Assembly (NCBI GenBank): GCA_020850995.1
Contig: JADZDP010000081.1
Coordinates: 5,830 to 69,829, forward strand
Reading direction: 5' to 3'
Source: Deltaproteobacteria bacterium
GTDB lineage: Bacteria; Myxococcota; UBA727; VGSZ01
Length of the DNA stretch: 64,000 nt
Under the pieces are notes generated by a model. The model saw only the letters and a list, made by a program, of their open reading frames with translations. It was not told the origin of the DNA and did no database searches. Positions 34,394 to 45,610 of the stretch are shown here, in pieces. The position numbers were made by a program, and so were the translations under genes. Position 1 is the stretch's first letter, and every line of letters begins with the position of its first letter.

Positions 34394-36082
34394 TCAGGAG
34401 CCCTCGCCAACGAACACGCCCACCATGGACGCATCCTGTCGCATCCACCCGGGCGAGCCCGTCAGGCCCGTGTACAGCTCGGTCCTGCCGCCGATGTACA
34501 GCCCCAAGACCGGCAAGCGGTAGCGCACATCGGCGGCGACGAGGACGTCGGGCTGCAGCACTCCTGCCTCGCCGCGCAGCTGCCAGACCACCCGATCACC
34601 CCCGAGCCCACCGCCGACGCTGAGCGCCGTCGCGACCCGGTGCACCGTGCGCGGCCCGGCGCTGAGGTCGCCGAGCAGCTCGACGCCCCAGAGGCGAGTC
34701 CCCGCCGGCACGCCGTCCCACACCACGTCGATGAGCTCGACGCTGCCGTCGATCCAGTCGCCAATGCCGCCCTCGGCGGCCAGCACCCCAGCGTAGAGCG
34801 ACACTTGCTCGCTGCGCAGCCCGCGCCCGTCGACGACCAGGGCCTGCTTGCCGCCGATCCCGCCGACCTTTGGCACCGCCAGCGCCTCGGCGCGCACGAT
34901 GATGACGCCGAGGCCCCACGAGGCGTCGAGCGAAAAGGAGGTCTGCCGCTGGTACTCGAGCGTACCGCTGCCGCCGATGCAGGCGAGCTCGGGGCTACCG
35001 CACACGAGCGGCACATCCTCGCCACCGGGCAAGAGGGCGGCGACCTCGGCCACCAGCGCGCGGGCGACGTCTGGGCGCAGGTGCAGGCGTGGCGTCTCGT
35101 CGAAGCCCCACACCACCGAGCCGCCGAGGTCGAGGTGGCCCAAGCGGCGCGACGCGCGCGCCGCAAGGACACCGGAGCGCACCAGCTCGTACTCGTCGCG
35201 CAGCGCGGCGGTGTCGTCGTCCGCCAGCAAGCCGCCGGCCTTGGCGGGGCTGCGCACCAGCGCGGTCTGGTAGCGCGCGATGCGCACGCCGCCCTGGTTC
35301 GATGCCGCCAGGCTCCCCTCGCTCGGCTCGTAGCGCGCCAGCGCGATGGCCTCGACGCCCACGGGGCCAAGCGAGGTCCGCACCCAGGCCCCCCACGCGG
35401 GCTGCTTCTGGCGGACCGGATCGGGGAAGGGGGGGCCGCGGCGCAGATCGGGGGGGCTCACGCGATCGCCGATGGCCGCGGCCCGCGTACGCGCCCAGGG
35501 CACCACGATGCGCCCGCCGTTCACCGCGGCGCGCTCGAGGTTGAGCTTGGCGTACGCCTCGTACAGGTCGGCGCTCGGCACCAGACGGCCGGTGGGCGTG
35601 GCGTCGAAGGCCAGGCGTGCGAAGCCGTTCGCGTGCAAGCTCAGGTTGGGCGCGGGCAAGAGCGAGCTCTCGACCCAGAAGCTGCCGAGCAGCCGCCAGG
35701 GGCCGTCGCTGGGCTCGGCGAGCTGCAGGCTGCCCAACAGGTCGGAGTCGACGCCGAGGTGCCAGGTCTCCCACAAGCGGCCGAGGGCCCCGCTCACCTG
35801 CGAGGTGGGCGCCCGCGCCGCGGCGTCGGGCTCGTCGATGATGATGATCTCGTCGTCGACGACGACGGGGGGCGCCGGTTCGTCGGCGGCGTCCACGGCG
35901 GCGCTGCCTTCGACCACCTGCGGGGCAGCGCCCTCAGGTAGCTCCTCGGCCGCCCCGGCCGGGAGCGCTGTCGTCAGGGAGCACGGGAGGAAAAGCAAGA
36001 CGGCCGCGCGCAGCGGCAGTCTCGGCCGACGCGGCGGCGCATTCGCGCCGCCCGTCGAAGAGCATGGAGCTGCGCGGGCCAC
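34394..36082 (-). CDS. secreted hypothetical protein, possibly an outer-membrane beta-barrel
   Basis: Signal peptide after a 20-aa N-region. The C-terminal half has alternating hydrophobic patterns. Start lies 7 nt downstream of rpsU. Confidence 0.45.
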   Translation of the reverse strand: MARAAPCSSTGGANAPPRRPRLPLRAAVLLFLPCSLTTALPAGAAEELPEGAAPQVVEGSAAVDAADEPAPPVVVDDEIIIIDEPDAAARAPTSQVSGALGRLWETWHLGVDSDLLGSLQLAEPSDGPWRLLGSFWVESSLLPAPNLSLHANGFARLAFDATPTGRLVPSADLYEAYAKLNLERAAVNGGRIVVPWARTRAAAIGDRVSPPDLRRGPPFPDPVRQKQPAWGAWVRTSLGPVGVEAIALARYEPSEGSLAASNQGGVRIARYQTALVRSPAKAGGLLADDDTAALRDEYELVRSGVLAARASRRLGHLDLGGSVVWGFDETPRLHLRPDVARALVAEVAALLPGGEDVPLVCGSPELACIGGSGTLEYQRQTSFSLDASWGLGVIIVRAEALAVPKVGGIGGKQALVVDGRGLRSEQVSLYAGVLAAEGGIGDWIDGSVELIDVVWDGVPAGTRLWGVELLGDLSAGPRTVHRVATALSVGGGLGGDRVVWQLRGEAGVLQPDVLVAADVRYRLPVLGLYIGGRTELYTGLTGSPGWMRQDASMVGVFVGEGS

Positions 36083-36089
36083 GCGGCCG

Positions 36090-36302
36090 CTACATGCCGC
36101 CCTGGCTCATGGCCAAGCGCTTTTCACGCTTGCGGGCCCTGGCCTCCGCGGCGCGGGCCTTCAGCTTGGCCTTCACCGAGGGCTTCAGGTAGTGCTCGCG
36201 CTTGCGGACCTCCTTGAGGATGCCCGCCTGCTCCACCTTGCGCTTGAACCGCTTGATCGCGCGATCTGGCGTTTCGCCGTCGCGCACCGTCACCTTCGTC
36301 AT
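36090..36302 (-). CDS. rpsU: 30S ribosomal protein S21
   Basis: [38 protein letters not shown] matches the S21 family. Confidence 0.85.
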   Translation of the reverse strand: MTKVTVRDGETPDRAIKRFKRKVEQAGILKEVRKREHYLKPSVKAKLKARAAEARARKREKRLAMSQGGM

Positions 36303-36427
36303 TCCCTAAACTCCGTCGAGCCGCTTGGGGTAGTGGGATGCCCCCGAGGTGTCAACAGACCCCCACCGAGAGCGTGGTCCCCGAGGCAGAATTGAGGCGA
36401 GCGCGGCGGCCATGCTAACTCCGCGAC

Positions 36428-37492
36428 ATGCCACACTTGGTGCGCCACGCGCTCCTGCCCGCGGTCGCCGTGACGGTGCTCTTGAGCTCGGCCCAGACGG
36501 CGCGCGCCCAAGGGACCGACGGGCCCGCCGCCAGCGAGGGCCTGGGCCGGCTCGCCGAGGCGCTCCATGGCGCCGACAGCTTCAAGGTGCGCGCCACCGC
36601 CGCCGTGCAGCTCGCGCGCCTCGGTGACCCGCGCGCCGCCGCGCACCTGGCCGAGGCCCTGCGCAACGACGACCACTACGCGGTGCGCGCCGCCGCCGCC
36701 GGCGGGCTCGGCCGCCTCGCGCAGCTCGAGAGCATCCCCGCGCTGCTCGGGGCCCTGCACGACGCAGACGAGTTCGTGCGCGAGCAGGCCAACGGGGCGC
36801 TCGATCGCTTCCACACGCCGGCCATGGTGTTCGCGTTCCGCGATGCGCTGGGCTCTGAGGATCCCCAGACGCGCTTGGCGGCGGTCCGCGCCTATGGCGA
36901 CGTGCTGCGCGAGAACAGCTCGGTGGCGCCCTTCGTCGTCAATGCCCTCGGTGACGACGACGAAGCAGTCGCGCGTGCGGCCGAAACGGCGGTCGCCGGC
37001 GTGGCGCACGAGCGGGCCGTGCCGCTCTTGGTTGCGGCGCTGCAAGGGGTGTCGTCGCCGGTGCGCGCTGCCGCTGCACGCACCCTACAGAAGCGAACCG
37101 ACAAGACCGCGGTCGATCCGCTGATCGCGCTGGTGGCGTCGTCGGAGGAAGGCGAAGACGTTCGGCGCGCCGCGCGCGACGCCCTCCGGGCGCATGCGGC
37201 GTACGTCGACGTGCCCGCCACCCTCAAGCTGGCGGGCGACGAGGCCCTCGGGGCCGATCCGGCGCGCTTGCACGCGCTGCGCGCCGCTGCTGCGCTCGGC
37301 GACGCCAGGGCCTGGACGGCGGTGAAGATCGCCCTCAACGACGACGATGCGACGGTGCGCATCGCGGGCGCGCGCGCCGCCGCCGACCTCGGCGGCGAGG
37401 GCGCGAAGCAGGCGGTGGAGGCGGCCCGCGCGCGAGAGACCGAGCCGCGGGTGCAAAAGCAGCTCGAGCTCATCGGCAAGTCGATTCGATGA
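36428..37492 (+). CDS. secreted HEAT-repeat (PBS-lyase-type) protein
   Basis: Signal peptide plus repeated units of the form VRxxAAxALGxLGD/AxxAxPALLxAL. Confidence 0.6.
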   Translation: MPHLVRHALLPAVAVTVLLSSAQTARAQGTDGPAASEGLGRLAEALHGADSFKVRATAAVQLARLGDPRAAAHLAEALRNDDHYAVRAAAAGGLGRLAQLESIPALLGALHDADEFVREQANGALDRFHTPAMVFAFRDALGSEDPQTRLAAVRAYGDVLRENSSVAPFVVNALGDDDEAVARAAETAVAGVAHERAVPLLVAALQGVSSPVRAAAARTLQKRTDKTAVDPLIALVASSEEGEDVRRAARDALRAHAAYVDVPATLKLAGDEALGADPARLHALRAAAALGDARAWTAVKIALNDDDATVRIAGARAAADLGGEGAKQAVEAARARETEPRVQKQLELIGKSIR

Positions 37493-38712
37493 GCGCGCCC
37501 GCCGAGCACCACACGCGCCGCGTCCTCGTCACCGTGGCCGGCCCCGACGCGCCGGGCATCACGGCGACGCTGACCGGCATCGTGGCGCGCGGCGGTGCCG
37601 CGCTCCTCGACATCGAGCAGGTGGTGGTGCAGGGGCAGCTCCTGCTCGTGCTCTTGGTGGGCGTGCCCGACGAGCCCGGCAGCGGATCGCCGGTCATCAA
37701 GGACCTGTTGTTCTCTGCCAAAGAGCTCGGCCTCGAGCTCGACTTCCAGGTGCTCGGCGACAAGCCCATGAGCGATCCGGGGGTGCCGCGCCTGTCGTGG
37801 GCGCTCACCGTCATCGGCGACGTGGTCGACGCCGGCGCCATCAACGCGCTCACGAGCTGCCTGGCGCAACACGGCGCCAACATCGACGCCATCGAGCGAC
37901 TCTCTGACGACAAGCTCTCCTCGCTCGAGATCGTCATCTCGCTGCCAAGAGACGAGGCCGCGGCGCTGCGCCTGCGCAAGGACCTGCTCGACATCGCCGC
38001 CGAGCGCGCCGTCGACATCGCGCTGCAGCGCGAGACCCTCAGCCGCCGCGCCAAGCGCCTGGTGGTGATGGACATGGACTCGACGCTCATCCGCATCGAG
38101 GTCATCGACGAGCTAGCGCGCGCCTACGGCGTCTACGACGAGGTGGCCGCCATCACCAAGGCCGCCATGCGCGGCAACCTGCCCTATGAGGAGAGCTTGC
38201 AGCAGCGCGTGAAGCTCCTCGCTGGCATGCCCCTCGAGCAGGTCGCGCGCATCGCCACCGACGCGCCCATCACCGAGGGCGCCGAGGAGCTGTTGCGCGT
38301 GCTGCGCGGGCTCGGGCTCAAGACCGCCGTGATCTCCGGCGGCTTCTCCATCGCCGCCGAGGCGCTGCGCCTGCGCTTGGGCCTCGACTACGCGTACTCG
38401 AACCAGCTCGAGGTGAAGCAGGGCAAGCTCACGGGGCGCGTGCTCGACCCCATCGTGGGCCCGCAGCGCAAGGCCGACCTGCTCGACGCCATCGCGCAGC
38501 GTGAAGGCATCGCGCTCGAGCAGACCATCGCCGTGGGCGACGGCGCCAACGACCTGCTCATGCTCGAGAAGGCGGGCTTGGGCATCGCGTTTCACGCCAA
38601 GCCCAAGCTGCGCGAGGCGGCGGACACGAGCCTCACGCGCGGCGGGCTCGATCGCATCCTCTATCTGCTCGGGCTGCGCGCGCGGGACGTGCGCGAGTTC
38701 CTTGAGGGTTGA
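37489..38712 (+). CDS. serB: phosphoserine phosphatase SerB with two N-terminal ACT domains
   Basis: VVMDMDSTLI (DxDST), GG...SGGF and GDGANDL are HAD-SerB motifs. ATGA overlap with the HEAT-repeat gene. Confidence 0.8.
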   Translation: MSAPAEHHTRRVLVTVAGPDAPGITATLTGIVARGGAALLDIEQVVVQGQLLLVLLVGVPDEPGSGSPVIKDLLFSAKELGLELDFQVLGDKPMSDPGVPRLSWALTVIGDVVDAGAINALTSCLAQHGANIDAIERLSDDKLSSLEIVISLPRDEAAALRLRKDLLDIAAERAVDIALQRETLSRRAKRLVVMDMDSTLIRIEVIDELARAYGVYDEVAAITKAAMRGNLPYEESLQQRVKLLAGMPLEQVARIATDAPITEGAEELLRVLRGLGLKTAVISGGFSIAAEALRLRLGLDYAYSNQLEVKQGKLTGRVLDPIVGPQRKADLLDAIAQREGIALEQTIAVGDGANDLLMLEKAGLGIAFHAKPKLREAADTSLTRGGLDRILYLLGLRARDVREFLEG

Positions 38713-38730
38713 AGTCTCGGCGACTGCACC

Positions 38731-40656
38731 TCACAGGTCGATCTGCGCGCCCACCTCGATCACCTTCTCCGGCGGGATCTGGAAGTAGCGGTCCGCGTTG
38801 ACGGCGTTGCGCATCAAGAAGGCGAAGAGGCGCTCCAACACGACGGGGAGTTGCCCCCCGGGACGCGCGAGGATGCGCTCGCGCGCCAGGTACCAGGTGA
38901 CTTGGTCTTCATCGATCTGCAGCAGGTGGCGCCGGACCGCGAGGTTGAGCGCGCGCGGCACGTCGGGCTGCTGCATGAAGCCGTAGTACACGTGGACGCG
39001 CCAGAAGCCGTGACCGAGCTCCTCGACGTCGAGGCGGTCGCGTGGCTCCACCATGGGCTGATCGCGCGTCACCACGGTGAGCAGGATGATTTGTTTGTGG
39101 AGCAACCGGGAGCGCTCGGCCAGGTGCGCGAGGATGGGCGGGACCCCGTGGTCGGCCGACGCCATGAAGATGCCGGTGCCGCCCACGCGCTGCGTGACGG
39201 TGCGCTGCAGGATGGGCCAGACCTCTTCGAAGCTCCGGAAGCGCGAGAGATAGACGGCCGCGATGAGGCGGCGGCCCTCGTACCAGACCAGCATGACCAG
39301 CGTGACGCCGAGCGCCAGCGCCACCGGCACCCAGCCACCGTCGAAGAACTTGGCGCCGTTGGCGATCACGAAGGGCAGATCGACCGCCACGAAGGCAACG
39401 CCGAAGGCGACGGCGCGCTTGCGCCACCCGAGCCGCGCGGCAGCCACCACCAGGAAGACGCAGGTGGTGATGAGCATCGTCGTCGACACGGCCACGCCGT
39501 AGGCGGCTGCCATGGCGCCCGACGAGCCGAAGCCGAGCACCAGCACCATGCACCCCACGCCGAGCAGCCAGTTCACCTCGGGGATGTAGATCTGCCCCTC
39601 TTGCTCGGCGGCGGTGTGCCGGATGGTAACGCGCGGAAAGAAGCCGAGCTGCATCGCCTGCCGGGTGAGCGAGAAGGCGCCGGAGATGAGCGCTTGTGAG
39701 GCGATGATCGTGGCGGCGCTCGCCAGGGCCACCAGCGCGAAGGTGGCGGGGCCCTTGGGGACGGTCTCGTAGAAGAGGTTCGCGACGGCAGCAGGCTCCC
39801 GGATGGCCAGCGAGCCCTGCCCGAAATACGACAGGAGCAGCGCCGGCGCGACGATGAGCCACCAGCCGCGCCGGATGGGCTTCGGGCCGCCGAAGTGCCC
39901 CATGTCGGCGTACATCGCCTCGCCGCCCGTGACCGCGAGGAAGACGGCGCCGAGGATGAGCAGCCCGTGGGGCCCGTGCTCCACGAAGTAGCTCACTGCG
40001 TGGTGGGGCGACACGGCGCTCACAACCCCGGGGTACTTGGCGATGTGAAAGGCCCCGATGGCGCCGATGGCGACGAACCACAGGAGGCAGACGGGCCCAA
40101 ACAGGATCCCGAGCGAGCCGGTGCCGCGCTTTTGGATCATGAAGAGCCCGAGGAGGATGATCACCGTGAGCGGCACGATGAAGCGAGCGAGCTCCGGCTT
40201 GGCGACGGCGATGCCTTCCACCGCGGAGAGCACCGAGATGGCGGGGGTGATGGCGCCGTCGCCGTAGAGGAGCGACGACCCGATCACCACCAGCACGGCC
40301 ACGATCCCGAGCTGCCGCTTGGGCCCGTGCCGCAAGCGCTCTGGCACGAGCGCCAAGAGCGCGAACAGCCCGCCCTCCCCCTTGTTGTCGGCGCGCGTGA
40401 TGAACAGCAGGTACTTGGCGCTGATGACCACCATCAAGGCCCAGAAGACCAGGCTGAGCGCCTGCAAGACGTCGCGCTCCTCGAGCGCCCTGCCGCCGGC
40501 GGTGGTGTGCAGCAGGCTCTCACGCAGCGCGTAGAGCGGGCTCGTGCCGATGTCGCCGAACACGATGCCGAGCGCGCCGAGCACGAGCGCCGTCATCTTC
40601 CGCGGCGCTGCGTGGGCGCGCGACCCCTCGACGACCGGCGTGGTGGCGGTGTGCAT
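38731..40656 (-). CDS. kup: KUP/HAK/KT potassium uptake transporter
   Basis: LVLGALGIVFGDIGTSPLYAL is the Kup signature. ATG 40656 was chosen; an alternative is 40593. The ORF-track start at 40905 is a probable over-extension. Confidence 0.8.
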   Translation of the reverse strand: MHTATTPVVEGSRAHAAPRKMTALVLGALGIVFGDIGTSPLYALRESLLHTTAGGRALEERDVLQALSLVFWALMVVISAKYLLFITRADNKGEGGLFALLALVPERLRHGPKRQLGIVAVLVVIGSSLLYGDGAITPAISVLSAVEGIAVAKPELARFIVPLTVIILLGLFMIQKRGTGSLGILFGPVCLLWFVAIGAIGAFHIAKYPGVVSAVSPHHAVSYFVEHGPHGLLILGAVFLAVTGGEAMYADMGHFGGPKPIRRGWWLIVAPALLLSYFGQGSLAIREPAAVANLFYETVPKGPATFALVALASAATIIASQALISGAFSLTRQAMQLGFFPRVTIRHTAAEQEGQIYIPEVNWLLGVGCMVLVLGFGSSGAMAAAYGVAVSTTMLITTCVFLVVAAARLGWRKRAVAFGVAFVAVDLPFVIANGAKFFDGGWVPVALALGVTLVMLVWYEGRRLIAAVYLSRFRSFEEVWPILQRTVTQRVGGTGIFMASADHGVPPILAHLAERSRLLHKQIILLTVVTRDQPMVEPRDRLDVEELGHGFWRVHVYYGFMQQPDVPRALNLAVRRHLLQIDEDQVTWYLARERILARPGGQLPVVLERLFAFLMRNAVNADRYFQIPPEKVIEVGAQIDL

Positions 40657-40942
40657 CGCGATCAAGGTAGGGCCGCGCCGCTGCCAGGCCCAGAGTGTGT
40701 CGCCGAGCGCGCGTCGACTTTGATCTTTCGTTGATGCGCCCTTGGACCCTTCTTTGATGTCCGGGCGGCTACGGATCTGGAGGAGGCTGCGATGTCCGAC
40801 GGGCTTGCGACCATCCTCTGCGCCGTGGTCTTCTACGCGTCGTTCGCGGTGCTTCTGGAGCGCGTGGGCCAGGGCCTCGACCGACGCGCTGCCGGGAGCG
40901 ACCATCCCCGCACACCGGGTCCGCGATGAGTGCGAGCGTGCC

Positions 40943-42016
40943 GTGGACCAGGTCCGACCCCCGCTCGTGCACGATTCCTGGCTGCGGCGCGCCGGGCGTC
41001 ACGTCTTGGCGGCGCTGCTGGTGGCGTTGACCACCGCCATCGCTGGCTTCCTGAGCCTGGACCGGCTTGCCGAGGCCGACATCGTCCTCATGTACCTCTT
41101 GGCCATCACTGCGACCGCGGCGCTCTACGGTCTCGAGCCGGCCATCGTGGCGGCGGCCCTGTCCGTCGCGGCCTTCGACTGGTTCTTCGTGCCGCCCTTT
41201 CACACCTTCACCGTCGAGAGCTCGCGCCACCTGCTCACCTTCGGCATGATGTTCGCGGTCGGCGTCTTCGTGAGCGGCGTGGCGACCCGCCTGCGGCAGC
41301 AGCGCTTCGATGCGGAGCTGCGGCGCCGCACCGACGAGGTTCGTGGCGCACTCCTGAGCGCGGTGTCGCACGATCTGCGGACGCCGCTGGCGGCCATCGC
41401 TGGCGCCGCGACCGCCTTGCAGCAAGACAACGCGCCGCTGCCAGACGCCGATCGACGCGCGCTGCTCGACTCCATCGCGGGCCAGGCCTTTCACCTCGAG
41501 CGGCTGGTGGGCGAGCTTCTGGACATGACCCGCGTCGAGGCGGGCGCGCTCGCGCTGCGCAAAGAGTGGATCCCGGCCGAGGAGATCGTGGGCTCGGCCA
41601 TCGAGCGCATGCGCGCACAGCTCTCGCCGCGCGAGCTCCGCACCGAGCTCGCGGCGGACCTGCCGCTGCTGCACGTGGATCCCGTCCTCTTCGAACAGGT
41701 GCTGGTGAACCTCCTCGACAACGCCGCGCGACACACGCCCGCCGCGACCACCGTGACTGTCAGCGCCCGCCGGCTGGGCGCGGGCGTGGAGCTCGCGGTC
41801 GCTGACGACGGGCCGGGGCTGCCCGCGGGCGTGGACGTCTTTCAGAAGCTGGTCCGCGGTCCGGGCGCACAAGGTGGTGGCCTGGGCCTCGGCCTCGCCA
41901 TCTGCAAGAGCGTGGTGGTGGCCCACGGTGGCAACATCGTCGCCTCCCCAGCGCCCCGTGGCGCGCGCCTCGTGATCACGCTGCCGCTGCCACCGACGCC
42001 CCCAGGTGGCGCATGA
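40943..42016 (+). CDS. KdpD-core sensor histidine kinase (DUF4118 membrane domain + HisKA + HATPase), lacking the N-terminal KdpD/Usp sensor domains
   Basis: DUF4118-like 4-TM region (ALLVALTTAIAGFL...FDWFFVPPFHTFTV), H-box SHDLRTPLAAI and HATPase. Start is uncertain (GTG 40943 or 40967). Confidence 0.65.
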   Translation: MDQVRPPLVHDSWLRRAGRHVLAALLVALTTAIAGFLSLDRLAEADIVLMYLLAITATAALYGLEPAIVAAALSVAAFDWFFVPPFHTFTVESSRHLLTFGMMFAVGVFVSGVATRLRQQRFDAELRRRTDEVRGALLSAVSHDLRTPLAAIAGAATALQQDNAPLPDADRRALLDSIAGQAFHLERLVGELLDMTRVEAGALALRKEWIPAEEIVGSAIERMRAQLSPRELRTELAADLPLLHVDPVLFEQVLVNLLDNAARHTPAATTVTVSARRLGAGVELAVADDGPGLPAGVDVFQKLVRGPGAQGGGLGLGLAICKSVVVAHGGNIVASPAPRGARLVITLPLPPTPPGGA

Positions 42017-42699
42017 GTGCCGGCACGGTCCTCGTGGTCGAGGATGACCCGCAGGTGCGCCTCTTCTTGAGGACGGCGCTGTGCGCGGCTGAGTTCCGCG
42101 TGGTGGAGGCGGTGACGGCGGCGGAGGGCGCGACGCTGGCCCGCAGTCACAACCCCGCGCTCATCCTTCTCGACCTGGGGCTCCCCGACGCTGACGGCAT
42201 CGAGGTCACCCGATCGCTGCGCACCTGGTGCACGGCGCCGGTCATCGTGCTGAGCGCGCGCGGCCGGGAAGAGGACAAGATCCAGGCCCTCGACGCCGGT
42301 GCCGACGACTACCTGACCAAGCCCTTCGGCACCGGCGAGCTGCTCGCGCGCATCCGATCGGCCCTACGGCGCGTGGTGCTCTCGGCGACGAGCGCCTCCA
42401 TGACGGTGGAGGCCGGTGAGCTGTGCATCGACCTCGAGAAGCGCGTGGTCACGCGGAGCGGCGTGGAGGTCCACCTCAAGCCCACCGAGTACAACGTGCT
42501 GGCGCTCCTGGCGCGAAACGCCGGCAAGGTGCTGACGCACGGGCAGATCCTCAAGGAGGTGTGGGGACCGGGCGCCGTCACCCATCCCCACTACGTCCGC
42601 GTCCAGATGGCAGAGCTCCGCAAGAAGCTCGAGGCCGATCCCGCGCAGCCCGTGGTGCTCATCACCGAGCCGGGGGTGGGCTACCGCCTCAGGGTGTGA
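42013..42699 (+). CDS. OmpR-family response regulator, KdpE-like
   Basis: Receiver (VLVVEDDPQVR...LDLGLPD) plus a winged-helix trans_reg_C domain. ATGA overlap with the kinase. Confidence 0.8.
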   Translation: MSAGTVLVVEDDPQVRLFLRTALCAAEFRVVEAVTAAEGATLARSHNPALILLDLGLPDADGIEVTRSLRTWCTAPVIVLSARGREEDKIQALDAGADDYLTKPFGTGELLARIRSALRRVVLSATSASMTVEAGELCIDLEKRVVTRSGVEVHLKPTEYNVLALLARNAGKVLTHGQILKEVWGPGAVTHPHYVRVQMAELRKKLEADPAQPVVLITEPGVGYRLRV

Positions 42700-42729
42700 G
42701 GCCGTCTCCCTGCGCTCGCCAGGCTGCGA

Positions 42730-43878
<1,149 letters not shown>

Positions 43879-43948
43879 GGGTTCCTCCGTCGCCGCGCAG
43901 GTGCGCGCGGCCGCGACGGCGCGTGATCGCAAGGCTACCCGGGACCCG

Positions 43949-44388
43949 TCAACCGGGCTTGCCAGAGCTCTCGCCGTCCCCGAGGTAGCTCTCGAACACG
44001 CGGCGCAGCTCGTCGGGGATGGGCAGCGACTGCTTCTTGTCGAGGTCCATCATCACGTTGGTGATGGTGGTGGTCATGGACAGCGCCGCGTCGCGCTTGC
44101 GCCGGATCTGGTAGCGCATGCGCACCGACGCGCTGCCGATGTGCACGATAGCCAAGGTCACCACCACGACGTCGCCGTACATGAGCGGCGCCGTGAAGTC
44201 GGCCTCGATGTGCACGCTGGGCAAGCCCAAGCGCATGGTGTTGATCATGTGCGGGTACGAGAAGGGCGCCGCGTCGTCGAAGAAGTCCTCCATGGCCGCG
44301 TGGCACAGGTGGAAGAAGCGCGGGTAGTAGACGATGCCGGCGCCGTCGACGTCGTCGAAGCGGATCTTCTGCACGCTGGTGTAGGCCA
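43949..44388 (-). CDS. 4HBT-fold acyl-CoA thioesterase (YbgC-like)
   Basis: [21 protein letters not shown] is the hotdog-thioesterase signature. ATG 44388 is the likely start; the ORF-track 5' region is an extension. Confidence 0.7.
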
Positions 44389-44446
44389 TGGGGCACACTA
44401 CCCTGCCCCGGCGCGCGCGTGTCATGCTGGCCGCGGAGGCACCCCC

Positions 44447-44647
44447 ATGAACCGCGCCGCTGTTCGCGCCCTCGTGACCACCTTCGTCGCTGCCCTCGCG
44501 CTCGCGTCGATCGGCTGCCCCAAGCCGGAAGACGTTGGTCACGCGCCCAAGGAGCAAATCGACATGGCCAAGGAGCGGCTCGACAAGGCCTCCGACAAGG
44601 CCGCCGCGGGCCTCAACGAGGCCGCCAAGGCGGCTGACACTCAGTAG
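44447..44647 (+). CDS. small lipoprotein (66 aa)
   Basis: MNRAAVRALVTTFVAALALASIGC has a lipobox followed by a charged helical tail. Only the last 66 codons of a long antisense-overlapping ORF are plausible. Confidence 0.4.
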   Translation: MNRAAVRALVTTFVAALALASIGCPKPEDVGHAPKEQIDMAKERLDKASDKAAAGLNEAAKAADTQ

Positions 44648-44791
44648 CGCGGGAAGCTCCAGCCACCGTGCGCAGCCGCCCATCGTGGGGCGCCCAGAGG
44701 GCGCCTCCAAGGGCAGTGGGGCGCGCGACGGCCCCTACCCGGCACCCGACGCTGGCACGCCACCTGCTTTGCTCCACGTCGAGGTCGGTCC

Positions 44792-45598
44792 ATGAAGCTG
44801 CAAGACAAGGTCGTGGTGGTCACGGGTGCCGGCAGCGGCATGGGCCGCGAGCTGGCGCTGCAGCTGCTGAAGCGCGGCGCCAACGTCGCCGGCATCGACG
44901 TCAACCCCGCCGCTCTGCAGGAGACGGCCGCCAAGGCTTCTGCGGGCGAGCGCTTCGCTTCCTTCGTCGTCAACGTCGCCGAGCGCGCCGCGGTCGAGGC
45001 CTTGCCCGCGCAGGTCATCGAGCGCTTCGGGCGCGTCGACGGGATCATCAACAACGCGGGCATCATCCAACCCTTCGTGCGCTTCAAGGACCTCGAGTGG
45101 GCGGCCATCGAGCGCGTCATGGCGGTGAACTTCTGGGGCACGCTCACGATGGTGCGCGCGTTCCTGCCGCGCCTGCTGGATCGCCCGATTGCGCACATCG
45201 TCAACATCTCGAGCATGGGAGGCTTCCTGCCGGTGCCGGGCCAGAGCCTGTACGGCGCGAGCAAGGCCGCCGTGAAGCTCCTGACCGAGGCGCTGCACTC
45301 GGAGCTCGTCGACACCCCGGTGCGCGTGACCGTGGTGTTCCCGGGCGCCATCGCCACCAACATCGCGGCCAACTCCGGCGTGACCATGAGCATGAGCGCC
45401 GACGATGCGAAGAAGAGCTCCATCAAGATGACGCCGGCGGACCGCGCCGTCGAGATCATCCTCGACGGCGTGGAGGCCGACGCTTACCGCGTGCTGGTGG
45501 GCTCCGACGCCAAGCTCATGGACGCGCTCTGCCGCCTCGACCCGCGGCGGGCGGCGGGCTTCATCCAGCGCCAGATGCGGGAGCTGCTGGCGCGGTAG
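44792..45598 (+). CDS. short-chain dehydrogenase/reductase (SDR)
   Basis: VVVVTGAGSGMGRE (TGxxxGxG), NNAG and YGASKAA (YxxxK). Confidence 0.8.
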   Translation: MKLQDKVVVVTGAGSGMGRELALQLLKRGANVAGIDVNPAALQETAAKASAGERFASFVVNVAERAAVEALPAQVIERFGRVDGIINNAGIIQPFVRFKDLEWAAIERVMAVNFWGTLTMVRAFLPRLLDRPIAHIVNISSMGGFLPVPGQSLYGASKAAVKLLTEALHSELVDTPVRVTVVFPGAIATNIAANSGVTMSMSADDAKKSSIKMTPADRAVEIILDGVEADAYRVLVGSDAKLMDALCRLDPRRAAGFIQRQMRELLAR

Positions 45599-45610
45599 CA
45601 CCGGCAGCGG

